Assembly: GCF_000315625.1 (NCBI RefSeq)
Contig: NW_005434662.1
Span: 526,307-590,306 of the forward strand
From: Guillardia theta CCMP2712
Lineage: Eukaryota; Protista; Cryptophyta
Length of the DNA stretch: 64,000 bases
Direction of reading: 5' to 3'
The notes beneath the pieces were generated by a model. That model searched no databases, was not told where the DNA came from, and worked only from the letters and a program-made list of their open reading frames with translations. A program made the position numbers and the translations under genes. Below, one piece after another: positions 48,816 to 60,817 of the stretch (position 1 is the first letter of the stretch; every line of letters starts with the position of its first letter).

Positions 48816-50510
48816 ATGGCTGGCTTATTGTGGGTGGGAATGCGTTGGGCGATGGCGGAAGGAGGAGGAGGAGGGGTGGGTCTGGTGTTGAGGAGAAGAT
48901 CAGAACAATATCAGGACGAGATCCAGGAGCTCAGGGGACAACTCAAGGTCATGGAGGAAGCAGAGTGCTCCGAGGAGGAGTTGATAGAGACTGGTCCGGA
49001 GCAGCGTAGCACGGACCCCGAACGAGACAGGGAGCTGCTCGAGGGGTGTGGGTTGCACGACAGGTCTTTGCAGGATGAGCATATCTCGGGGCTGTCAGCG
49101 ATGGGAGCGACTGGCAGCCGGAGGCTGCAGGTAGTGAGGTGTAGGTATTGCATGAAGGCGGGGGACGTCAATGTGATGAAGAGGTGCGGGAAGCACCACA
49201 AGGAAGGCTGTCTAAGGTACGTCACTTGCCCGCAAGACCTGGTCAACAAGGTTGCAAGGCTCAAAGGAGAACTGTCTGCCGCCATCTCTCGAGCAGAGGC
49301 CTCCGCCAGGGATGACTGTGTCGTGGTTGCGAGGAGGCATGCAGAAGGGCCCGCATGCAGATGCGGAGAGATTGACAACGGGGATGTGCTTGTCGCTGTG
49401 GACAACCATGTCATAGGTGAAGAGCGAGCCTCCGGCTCTTGGCATCCCGTTCCCTGACTTGCTCATCAGGGACTGACGTGCATAAGGCCTCCAGGCTGAT
49501 CCTCGGCTCCACGGGCACCGTGTGCAGGCTCAAGATAAGGAAGGAGAGCGGCGTGCAGAAAGAAGTTCACCTGACTCGGGTTGTCATCTGGGGTCATTCA
49601 GCTCCGGCGGGCTTGTTCGCTCCGGAGAAGAACTACATCGCGATCCCATCTGGCGTCTTGTGCTGACCAGGACCGTCCCTAGGCGCGCAGCTGCCAGGTT
49701 GTGTCTGTACTTTAGACATACAACCTGTCTTTAATTTGAATCTCTTGGGACTATTCCCGTTGAACTACTTCTATGGTGTAGAACACCATGAGTTGAGTTG
49801 TGACATTACCAGCTCATGCTCGCACTCCTGCTCCGCGGTTGTCCCAATTGCGGCTGATAACCATGTCTGCACCAAGAAACATGAGACTAACGAAGACGCA
49901 CTTGCAGTTGTTAACCTTGGCAGCGCAGGTTGGAACCGACTACCCCTCCTCAAGTCCTTTGGTAACGACGATGCTTCTGGAGTCACGTTACCCTGTGAGG
50001 AAGCGCGAGTTGATGGAGTTACGTTTCAACCCGCGCCTGGAGACTTGACCTGCTCAGTTGAGTCGTAAGATCTTCTGCTAGTATTCTCAAAACAATCGCA
50101 CATCTTGTGCAGTCCGTGATGGGTCGTGCGACTGACGAGGGTTCCATTCCTTCCTTCACTTCCCACCTGCCAGTTCCACGGTGTCATCCCACCCGCAAGC
50201 AACGGCTGTGCTGGCATTACCGACTCTCTCCGCTTTCAGGATTGTACAGATAAAAACGCCCTGTTGTTTGAGACTGAAGTTGTAATGTGTCACTCATCGA
50301 GGCAGATCGTGCAAGTATCACCTGCACAAGGTTCCAGCCCTTGGGGGCACGTGGGAGCAGACCGCTTCCAAACGCGCAACTGCCCATCAGTACAAGTCAA
50401 GGAGGTTGAACGAGGGTGCAAGGGTCCTTGCTTTTCGAGGACGGTACTCTCTCTTTGATTGTTCAGTTGGTCTCTGAGCTGATGGAGACGCGAAGTTCAG
50501 AGAATGGTCT
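48816..50510 (+). CDS. PDZ-domain protein (PDZ interrupted by an insertion); multi-exon, 3' end approximate
   Basis: GVGLVL ... VVVARRHAEGPACRCGEIDNGDVLVAVD | GTDVHKASRLILGSTGTVCRLKIRK. Confidence 0.65.
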
Positions 50511-52641
50511 GAAACAGACTACACGCTTACAAAACAAGATGCAAAGACGTGGGAGGTTTGGTCGGTCCATGCCTGTTTGACAGGTAGTCAGATGAGCAGG
50601 TCTTGGTGGTGTTTAAAGATATCACCTGATGTACTGAGCCCTTACCCTTCCTCACAACATACGAGTAGTCGCCTCTCTTGTCCTGGGACTCCTTCAATGA
50701 ATGTTGCACACTACAACACTAGCTGGTACAGCGTGTACTGACAGCCCAGTTTCGAAGCCCTCCAAGGACCTACAGCATGAAACACGTCGGTGAAACAAGT
50801 CCGGCATTGGTTTGAAGTTGAGGTACTGACGGCGCCAGACTGCTGTATGGGACCCGAATGATGCGCTTGCCATGTCTTGATTGCCGTAGAAACATCTCTG
50901 GACCACTGAGCCCACTGTAGTCCGATTTTCTGTGCCCGATAAGTAACACCCTGCAAGGATGATATGAGATCTTCTTACCTGAATAAGATATTGCCTTTCG
51001 AACCCATCTTAGTATCGTTTCTTGTGATCAATCGTGTGTGCCTTTCACCAAATAGTCCCCTGATTTTTGTTCCAGGTCACTGGGAAAACATCGAATATCA
51101 ATGCAGACATCAATTCAAGCACAGAAAGAGCATCTCTTGCAGCATCTTCAATGATCATTGATCATGAGTCTCATGTCCTCCTTCCTCTCCTTCGTCTCTT
51201 CGCTCCATCTTCCATACCTTGTGACATGTCGCCGTCATCCTTGTCCCCTTCTTTTGCATGTCTCCAAATCACTGTGCCTCCACCCCCCTCCAAAGTCCCC
51301 ATGATATATCAAGTACCCCTTCATTTCCCCAGAAATACCCACCCTCCTCCACGTCCACCATCCCCACCCTGGTCAACTTTACAGAAAACCCAACTTCTTG
51401 CAAGAAAAACAGTTCCTGATGTGTACCGGACCCCCTACCCCCCATGTATCCTATTATGACCCCCAGTTCCCCAAGACCCTTCAACCAAGCTGCGGCCCCT
51501 GACCAGACTCCTCGACTCTCCTGATTGTCCTCGTACTGATTTTAACTTAACTTTGAGTAAAGAGTTATAAACCTGAAATTTGCACCGTCTATTTCAAATC
51601 CTGAAACCCGTGACGCCACACCCCCATTGAATCAGTGACTATCGGATACCGCCGGGGCCGGGCGGCCGGCCGCTCGCGACGGTGACCGAAGCCGAAGTTG
51701 ACTTGTGACTCGCCGTACCGTAGTACGGTACCGTACGGTACTTGTGACCGTACAGCTCAACTAGCCTAGTAGTCAGAGTCGCTTCGGAAGCGACTCTGAC
51801 TAATAAGTTGCGGCAGTGCAACTTTCACAGTCCGGGACCGTTCAACTTGCCAACCGTTGAACTGTGACTTGCAAGTCACTGACTCGCAACGCCGTTGGCA
51901 ACTTGGCAAGTTGCCGCGCGGCTGGGACTCCGAAGTTCGAAACTTGAAACGCTACCGTCACCGGGTGACTCAGGCTCGCCGATCATGCATGACCATTCCA
52001 TGGCATTTACTAATGCCCAATTATAAATTAATATCCTTTTAACAAACACTTGTACCTGTTAATTTGATCATAAGCATACAGTTTTTAGTCAATTTTGTAC
52101 CAGAATGATTTGTACCACTCAGTACTCTTTTATATTCGTTTTAAGCATTTGAGTTCCGGCTTACACGCCTCTTAGCTGCTCTCTACCCTGTGTACCGGTA
52201 TGTTTATCTGATATGGAGGGGGTAGGGTTATTCGTATATTTCGATACACGCTCATGAAATCTTATATTAGTGTCAGCCATTGACGAGTGTAGTAAATCCA
52301 GCCAATAAGTATTTTTGTTTTCAAATCAAGGAGTCGTATGCCAGCTAGCAACGGCAATCTTTTTTTTCTACACCGGTTGTTTTATATAGATACCTACCCT
52401 ATGTCTATAGGGTGCCACCGAAACACAGGTCCCTTTGCCCCCGATCAAAGAGCAAATAATTTTCATTAAAAATCCTGAGATCTCCATTGCAAGTATCCCT
52501 CCCCTCCTCCTTCCATGCTCTTCTCCCTCCCTCCCTCCCCCCCTGCTCCCCTCACTTCCTCCCTGCTCCCTCCCTCCCCCCTGCTCCCCTCCCTCCCCGT
52601 TGCTTCCCTTTCCCTTGCGCTCCAGTTATAGACACCAAACA

Positions 52642-54270
52642 AATGAATCTTCACCGTCGTGTATCAGCAACAAATGGAATTCAGAGAAGGCGAAGGCAGG
52701 AAGATTTCGATACATTCTTGGAGCAGGAAGAGACTTGTGATGAGTCAAAGACACCTGAAGATTTGAAGCTTCGAATGATCCTGCATACGTCAGTTGATGA
52801 TCGAGACTTGCCCAGGATGTACTGGAAAAAGCCAGGCAGTAATTTGAATATCATACTTGAGCCTGGCACAGGGGTTCAATATCAGTGTGAAGATCACAGG
52901 GGCGTTGAAGTGAATCGACTGGGCATGATCAAATCGCTGCACTCAGATGCACAGGTTGTCGAAGTGTACATCATGTACAATGGAGTCCTCTTGGAACATG
53001 TAGACGAAACCATTATAACTAATCGAGTGCCCTGTGTGGCCCTGAAAAGAATTTTGAACAAAGTTGGAAACCGTGATTGTTATCAATCAATTTACAAGGA
53101 TACGGATGAAATAAATGCTATACCAAAAATGTGTTTCTTCAGCTTTCCTTGCATGTTGGAGCATGCCAACGATGATCTCCACGATAATTTCAGAGTGCAT
53201 GGGTATATATTTTTTCATGAAGACGACATCGAAAATAATAAATACTGTGAAATCTCTCACTTCTCGATTGCAAACCCGGCACCACTCGTTGAAACGATGG
53301 CGCAAACAACTTTCTGTTCAGCGGCGGAGTACAATCGGATTTGTCGAGATATGACCGAGGTCAAAAAGATGTTCAATCAGTGGTTGAAGTCAAGGAGTGA
53401 GACCTTTGAGAAGAATTTTTGTTTGTTGTTTTCCATTGATTTTCGTTGCTTTCGATTGCTTTACAATTTTTGTTTGTTGTTTTCCATCGCTTTACGTGTG
53501 ACATGCTCGTCACAAGCCATGTTTATGAACTCCGAAAACCTCAGCATCTTTTCGCTGCCTGTTTCACAACCTCGGAATCATCGCCGTCTTTGTCCAAACC
53601 TACATCCGCAAGATGTTCCTATTCGCTTGGGCACCCGCTTGTCTCCATGCTTCTCTTCCCCACAACTGATAAAAACATTACATTCGCAGGAATGATATTC
53701 AATGGAGACTCTACCTTATGTCTTAGCTCGCTGGTTCTGATACTGAGAAGTCCTGAGGGAAGTTCATTCACATCCGGCATTCATGGCGTTGAATAGTTCA
53801 TCGATCTTACACTTGCGATCTATTTGCAATCAAGTTGCCTACACGACTGACATGCCTTATGCTTATGTGCTTGGTTGACACAGAGAGGAGGAAGTATGGG
53901 TCTTGTAGAATGCCAACCAAAACAACAATCAATTGCCTAATCAGAGAGATCCTTTACGAGAACAATCTTGACACCAAACAACTCTACAGTCAGAGATGTG
54001 CTCGAAGCTCAATCATACGAAAGAGGGTTGTGGATGCTTGATCACCAAAAACGAGCAATTCTCCATCTTGCAATGAGCATCAAAAGGATTCGAAAACAGC
54101 CCTAGGCTCTGGAATCCATGGCGATGCTGATTCCTACAGCTTCCTTTGAAAAACAAGCTCGAGCTGTTTGAAACGTCGTCTTGCAGTATGTCGCAAAAAG
54201 TACAAACATTCACACATGATCCAACCTTGGATGGCCTGGAGCTTGAATACGATGAAAGAGCCATTGGCTG
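52642..54270 (+). CDS. Hypothetical orphan protein, lower GC; multi-exon, 3' end approximate
   Basis: Long open exon MNLHRRVS...QWLKSR with protein-like composition. No motif recognised. Confidence 0.5.
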
Positions 54271-55565
54271 AGAGCCATCTGGGATTCAAACAAACGCCGC
54301 CTGCGCCGGCGGGTGCGGATGCAGCAATGGGGGAAGGGTAGGGCAGGCGATTTGGTTGTATATGCACCCCCCAGGCGTGTAAAAGCGTGTAAGGTCAAAA
54401 ATAGTTTTAATGTTTGAAACCTTGTTGTTTGGAGGAAGCAAGAATACTTGTAAACCTAAAACTGCTCGACACGGTCCCCGATTCAAACATACTTTCAACC
54501 ATTATCGAAGTTTCTGGTACAAATTTTCAGCGCGCCGACCATTCAAAAATCCTGGGCTGAGGTACCCCGCTCGAAAATGATCAAAAGCGAGCATTAGAAA
54601 ATGCCATGGAATGCGCCCGGCGCGGCCAGTCCCGGGCCGCCCGGGCGGCCGGCGCGGGGCGGCGGGGGAGGACGCGTACAACTTGGCAACTTCCGGGCCG
54701 CGGCCGTGCTACGGTCACGGCTGAGAGCCCGGGAGTGCAGTCTACCGGCGTGATCATGATGCCCGGCGGCGGGGCCACGGGCCCGCCGTCCGACCGTGTG
54801 GAGTGCAGCCTGGCGGCCGCCGGCGGCGGGCCTCCTGGTCCTGCGCCGCGGGCCTGCGGGCGAACGGGCCGGTCCCCCCGGGCCGGCCAGGGCGGCCACG
54901 GCCGGTACCGGCGCCGCCGACGCGCCGCGGCGGCGAGTCACCGTCGCCGCGCGGGCCCGGCCGCCCGGCCGGGCCCGGACTGCAGTGCGCCAGCCTGGAC
55001 TGCCGCCGGGAGTGTCACCACTGAGCGGGGATGAGGGCAGGGGATAGCACAATGATGAGGAGGTGACGGGGCAATATGCTGAAGTGGCGGACGAGGGCAC
55101 AAGCTGAAGAGCTGGAGGGGGAGGGAGAGAAGAATATGAAAGAGAGGAAGCGGAGGGAATGGTGGAGATGGAGGAATGAGAGCGAGAATGGGGAAGGATG
55201 CAGAGGAGAGGAGCAGGAAAGAGAGGAAGAGATCGGTGAACGCTGAGGAAACGACAGGTGTAGTGTTTCACTAGGAAGGATGCATCTTCTGGTGCGTAGT
55301 TAGCAGGAAAGTACAGGTCAGAAGGAAGGTATACATCAGTGTTGCAAAAATACGGAGTGAGACAACAAAGTTCTCATGGAGTGAGGAAATTCATCTATGC
55401 TGCCACTCTCTCCAATTTCTCCAACTGCCTTACATCTTGACAGTATCGATCCTGAGCGGATGGACTTTCTACACTGAGATCGTCGGCAAAGGTAGGTGGA
55501 TACGTGAAGATGGTTCACATGACAATACATGACGTCTATTCTCAGCGTAGCCTGTCGAACGAGCC

Positions 55566-57353
55566 ATGACAAGGATCAACCTGAGTTTGCTAGCAGTGGC
55601 CGTTGCCGCCTGCTTCTGCATCCTGCTGTGGACAAGATCAGCTCCCGAGCAGTCGCAAGTTCTGTTTGATGAGGCTGACAGCGAGAGGAAGGTCAGGAAT
55701 CGAGTGCAAGGTTCTGAGTTCAACCATGACCAGAACTCTCACTACACTGTGTGGCACCGAGGTTCGTGTCCCTGAAGTTGCGCGTCCTGATCAGTAAGCT
55801 GATTGCCAGCTCATTCTCCCTCCTTCAGCGTCATGCACGTCGTTGAGCCCAAGTCGGGGGAGCGCGACCGGCAGGTTGTGATGGAGGCTCTTGGTATGCC
55901 GGAAGCGACTGAAGATGGGGATGCAGTCAGGTGGGATGGGCTCGTTGATGCGGCATGCAGAGAACATGCTGCAGAAGGACAACATGCAACTGGCGCAGGA
56001 GAACAAGCAGTTTGCAGAGAGCAAGCCCAAGGGACTCTACAACAAGATCCGACACTCGGACGAAAGGCCCGAGAAGTACGAGGAGGAAGCCGTGGACCAT
56101 CAGATCGACTCGCAGTACAAGAGCAAAGAAGCGCAGAGAGAGTCGCTCAAGTCCGAGCTGGAGAGGAGGAGGGGGGATGTTGCGTCTGCTATCGCTGACG
56201 AGTACAAGGTACGGTCAGTGCCGGGCCTCCAACGAGGTTGATAGAGCTGCGCAGGCAAAGATCGATGAGCACAAAAGAGAGCTGAATGCTGAGCGGAGCC
56301 GAGCACAGAGAGAGAAGGATGAGGAGGCAGCGCGGAAGATCAGCGACGAAGCCGCCATGGACAAGGACAAGGCCTTGCGGGATGCTCGCCTGGCAGGAGA
56401 GCTCGACGACAGAGCAGATGAGGGAAGCCTTGAGAAGAGGAGAGCAGAAAGAGAGGAACGGCAGTCGTTGCTGCAGCTGAAGCAGCTCCATGACGAGGTG
56501 CAACCCGCAGTCAGGCGAAGCCCACTCCCCCTTGTTCGCTGATGTTGGTGACGTAGGTGAAGCGTGCCGAGGAAGAGGCGAAGAGGGCGAGGAGAGATGC
56601 CCATATGCTTCGTCAAGCAGCAGCTGATGATGTCAAAGTTGCGAAGAAGTCGCTGCTGACAGCCAAACAGCTCATTACCAACGCGCAAAGCGACAGGTCC
56701 GATTGGCTTGCCAAACCCTTCAAGTCTAATCGATGATGTCAGAGAATCTGCAAGGAACAAGCAGATGGAGCTGTCACAAGCTCGACTCGCCTTGAAGTCA
56801 GCTACTCAGGTCTGGATTGGCACACAACGTGCAAGACAGCTGACAGAACTCCCCAGGTTGAGAAAGAGTTGACGATCAAGGCTGCTCAGTACACGGGGAA
56901 GGCGAAGTTGGACTTGTTGCAGTCGCATCTTGTTCGTGTTGTTGTTCACTTCTGTTTGGTGGTGACCCAGGCGTTGCAGTTGAAGAAAGCGTCACACGAG
57001 CATTCGGATCAGGCAGACAAGCTCCACCACGAGGCGAATTCTCGTCGAGAAGCTGTACCACTACAAGTTTATTTCGTCGCAATGACGTGGCGCACAGATC
57101 GAGAGGCTCAAGGAGAAGAAGGAGCATGCGATGGCACGAGAGAGCAGGGCAGAAGTAGATGTCAGAAGGTACAACTAACACAATCTTGCTCCTCGCCCCC
57201 TCTGATTTGTTTTTGAAGGTTACAAGATCAGCTTCATCTTCAAGAGCGGGAAGACAATCGGAGGCTTTCAAGAGCGCAGGTGGGGAGTGTTCTTTAAGTG
57301 GAGATACAGAATTTCGATTGAAACCTTTTGCAGGCATCAGAGCACAAAGCTGA
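55566..57353 (+). CDS. Hypothetical coiled-coil protein with N-terminal signal/anchor; multi-exon
   Basis: MTRINLSLLAVAVAACFCILLW followed by E/K/R/A-rich exons separated by about 50-nt GT-AG introns. Confidence 0.65.
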
Positions 57354-57528
57354 GATTGCATACAAGAAAGCTGAACTCAAGTACCGCAACGATGATAGCG
57401 AATGAAGGATTGGACATTCGTGGAGCTGAAAGAATTGCAATGACTCCTTCTTTCTCCACTCGAGGGAAAATTCGATACAAGACAGCTGTAGGAGAGAAAT
57501 AAATTACATGCTGAACGGCCTTGGCTCT

Positions 57529-59106
57529 TCAACTTGATTTCTCCTGCAGACATCATTCACTCGTAATGCAAGCACATGTAGGAGCACCAGACCTTCGGCT
57601 TGTCCTCAACCGGCAGCATCGTATCGAAAACATAATCCCACAACTTGCTGGTGATACCATAACCTACAACTTTGTGAGGAATCATCATCAGAGGACTTGA
57701 GACACCTACCAAGGAGCGGGTTCTTGTAGTGATGAGCGAGATGGTATGATTTCATGCTGCTGAAGTGTGATAGGAAGGGAGTACCACTGGAAATCATGCT
57801 GTCAAACAGAACAAGGCAAGTCGCAGCGCCGCACCTGTGATGGAGATAGTAGTGTGTTAAGTCATATCCAACATATCCCAGCAAGCCCCCAGCTGTGAAG
57901 GATACGGCCTCAGGGGTGTCCAGGAATACCCTGGAGGAGGGTCACAAAATCGCAAGATCAGAGTGGAGCGGCGAACCTGAACAGGTTGTAGAAGCCAAGG
58001 AGCAGAATGAACGTTAAGATCGGAGGGAAGACAAGTCGCATGGGGTCCATCGGGAGCAAGTGATGGACACCTGCAAATCGGCCAAGTTAAGATTAGTAGG
58101 CCCGGTGGATTCTTCGGTGGGTACCATGAATCAAGAAGTGTAGGGTGATTGCCCAGTAATTGAATTGGACCCACTTTGTACAAGTCAGTTGATTCTGTGC
58201 TTGCCTTCCGCATATCTACCTCATCTAGATGGAACAGAAATCGGTGGAGGACATATTCTATTAGCGTCCATGTGAAAAGTCCTCCAAGGAAAATCTAGAC
58301 AGAAAATCAGAATCGACATAAAATTCCTGGCAAGAATGCAGTCACCAGTCCAGCGCCAAGAGGTGTAAGTCCCATCTTCAAGGAAAGCAAGACCATTCCT
58401 GTGATGACAGGTAGCCAGACCAGAGGAACCACATACCATCTGACAGCGATCGCGTGAGCGGCTGCCGCCGATCAACAACAAATGACTCACGGTGTTCGCG
58501 AAAAAATTTCCAGGAAGTCAGATTCAAAGAATCGAGCTGGTTCATCCAGAACTTGGGGACGGTGAATGAAATCATTGTAATTGTTGCCAAGATGGCCGAT
58601 CTACAACAAGATACCCACTCAAGACAGGGCGATTAGAGGTGTATCGTTATACCTGCATGATAATCGGTTTACTAAAGTCCAAGGCTTTCATCCCTTGGTG
58701 TTGGGGAGCTGCTTTCCTCTTGGCTCCTGACAGTATTCCAATTCTGTAACGTTGCATCATTGAATGCGCTGCCTTGCTGTGGACATGGACGTCGTCGTTC
58801 GAAAACACTTCAGTGATATCTGTGCCCAGGTGGCTGCAGCAACCGTCAGGGGGATCGCATAGTCTCAAATCCTCATCTATACGGAAGCACGATGGTGGAT
58901 CCACCAGGATGTTCTTTGAGGAACTTGCTCACGTCAAAAACCTGAGGACGACTCAGCATCCTCTCTCTTACGGCCATCGCTTGAAAGTCAACCTCGCCAT
59001 CCTTCACAACCCATGCATCATTCTCTTTGTCGTGCTTCTTGATCTCGCTCCATTCAAACACCTTCAGCGGCTCCCCGTTGGGTTCGTCCACACCAAGTGG
59101 TGGCAT
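57529..59106 (-). CDS. FA2H: Sphingolipid fatty acid 2-hydroxylase (cytochrome b5 + FA hydroxylase; Scs7/FA2H); multi-exon
   Basis: VFDVSKFLKEHPGG (b5 heme motif), LDFSKPIIMQ, YDLTHYYLHH, YHLAHHYKN, GYGITSKLWDYVFDT. Confidence 0.92.
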
Positions 59107-60817
59107 GTTGGTTTTGTCTGAGAGTGTCTAGAATGGCAAAATGTGAGTTCACCAACACAACATGCTGAATTTGTGCGTAAACGCTAGAATCAATCATTGG
59201 GTGACGACAAACATTCGATTCACCTCTAGATTCCCTCCCCAATTCTTTTCTACTGAAATGGGCTTTGCACCCATTGTCTTGCTTTCTTTCACTATAAATC
59301 ATCCTTAGGTCGTCTTCACTCTCCCGATCCCCTCTAATGGACGAGTTGTCAGACACACTGACTATGCTTATGCCTCGTCTCAGCCATGAGATTCCTGCTC
59401 TGAGAATCGTTTCCGTCAAGAAGGCATTTTGTTGAGACCCTCCTCGCCATACGTACATGGGGGACGCCTCTACAAAGGACAGCAAGAGGATTTTTCCATC
59501 GCCTGCTCGTGTCTTCTGCTTGTACTATCAATCTGGAGCGTGCAATAACAACCAGCCTGCATGAGCTGCTTTCCCTCTGTCCTCTCCTCTCTCTCCCGCC
59601 CTCCTCGTCCACCGTCTCATCCTCCCTCTGCACCAAAAATCGCAAACCACATGCCAAAGGCTCACCCCTACCCCCATCAATACTCCTCAACCCTACCCCA
59701 CCCCACTTCATACACTGACCATATCAATTGTACCCCCATGAAGGCTACAGCAGCAAGATCCATACGGGGAGATAGTATGTTGTACATTTTTAATTAGTGC
59801 CTTATCTATAAAATATCTCAGCTATACCGATAGATCTCCAACCCAAACACGAATCTGAATGGGTGGACAGCACTGCTACGTTACCCTCATGTAATCGCTG
59901 TACCCCCACCTCATAACCTGACAAGCCACGTTTACAAGGGTGACCGGTGGTTATTAGGCATTTCCTTGAATCTTTTCCAAATACCTTCATAATATTTCTG
60001 AAACAGAGACAACAATTTGAAAAACCCGTGAAAAAATTCAAATTTGAATTGGATGGGGAATATTACCTGGCGGAAGTCTCTGAGCTGCACCTGGGGTACT
60101 TAATAAGATAGGGGGGAGGGGGTACTCGGGACAGGATTAGCTTTCGAATAGGTACCCGTTAGGTTACGCAATAAGTCCATGACCGGTAGTGTCGTTTTCC
60201 AACCACCACGTTATTGACCCCTACCCCTATGGCTTCAAGATCCACCCCCCAACACCTAGTGGGCCAGGTCTGACAAATAAAGCCTGCGACCACCCCTGTA
60301 TCCGCGGAACTTAACCATGACTACTCTGGCTCATACGCTACTTGTTTTTTTTTAAGTTTTACTTATCTACGCCTGGCGGCCCGGCCCGGGTCGCCGGGTG
60401 CGGCACCGGCGTCAGTCGGAGGCTCAGTTGAGTCACAACGTAGTTACTGATTTTTAACTTAACTTTGAGTACATACTATGACTCAGTTTCTGTCTCACGG
60501 TCATGCCATGATCATCCGGCATTAACTCAAACTTTGGGCATCCGTCTTGTTCCAAGAATGCCTTGCCGCATGCACTAGACGTGGTTAGTAATAAGTGACT
60601 TGCCGCGCCGCCGGCCCAGCTGGTGACACATGCCGGGCGGGCCCGGGCGGGCCGCGTCGGATCACGTAGCCGCCTCAGTGTGCGCGGCCCGCCGGGCGCC
60701 GCCTCCGACAGTGAGACTCGTTGGAATTCGCCGCTTCCCGCCAAAATACCCGTGCTGGGGAGGCATCGAGGGAGGAGAGACAAGTAGGAGGCAACGACAG
60801 AGCGAGAGCGGGTGAGA

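Noticed and set aside
48488-48817. RG-repeat, poly-Glu and poly-Ser ORFs
   Set aside because: They are translations of the (TTCCTC)n microsatellite.
50450-51240. Possible minus-strand spliced gene
   Set aside because: No consistent frame or motif was identified.
54594-55271. Arg/Ala/Gly/Pro-rich ORFs on both strands
   Set aside because: Stop-poor GC palindrome island and a purine tract, with no protein-like signal.
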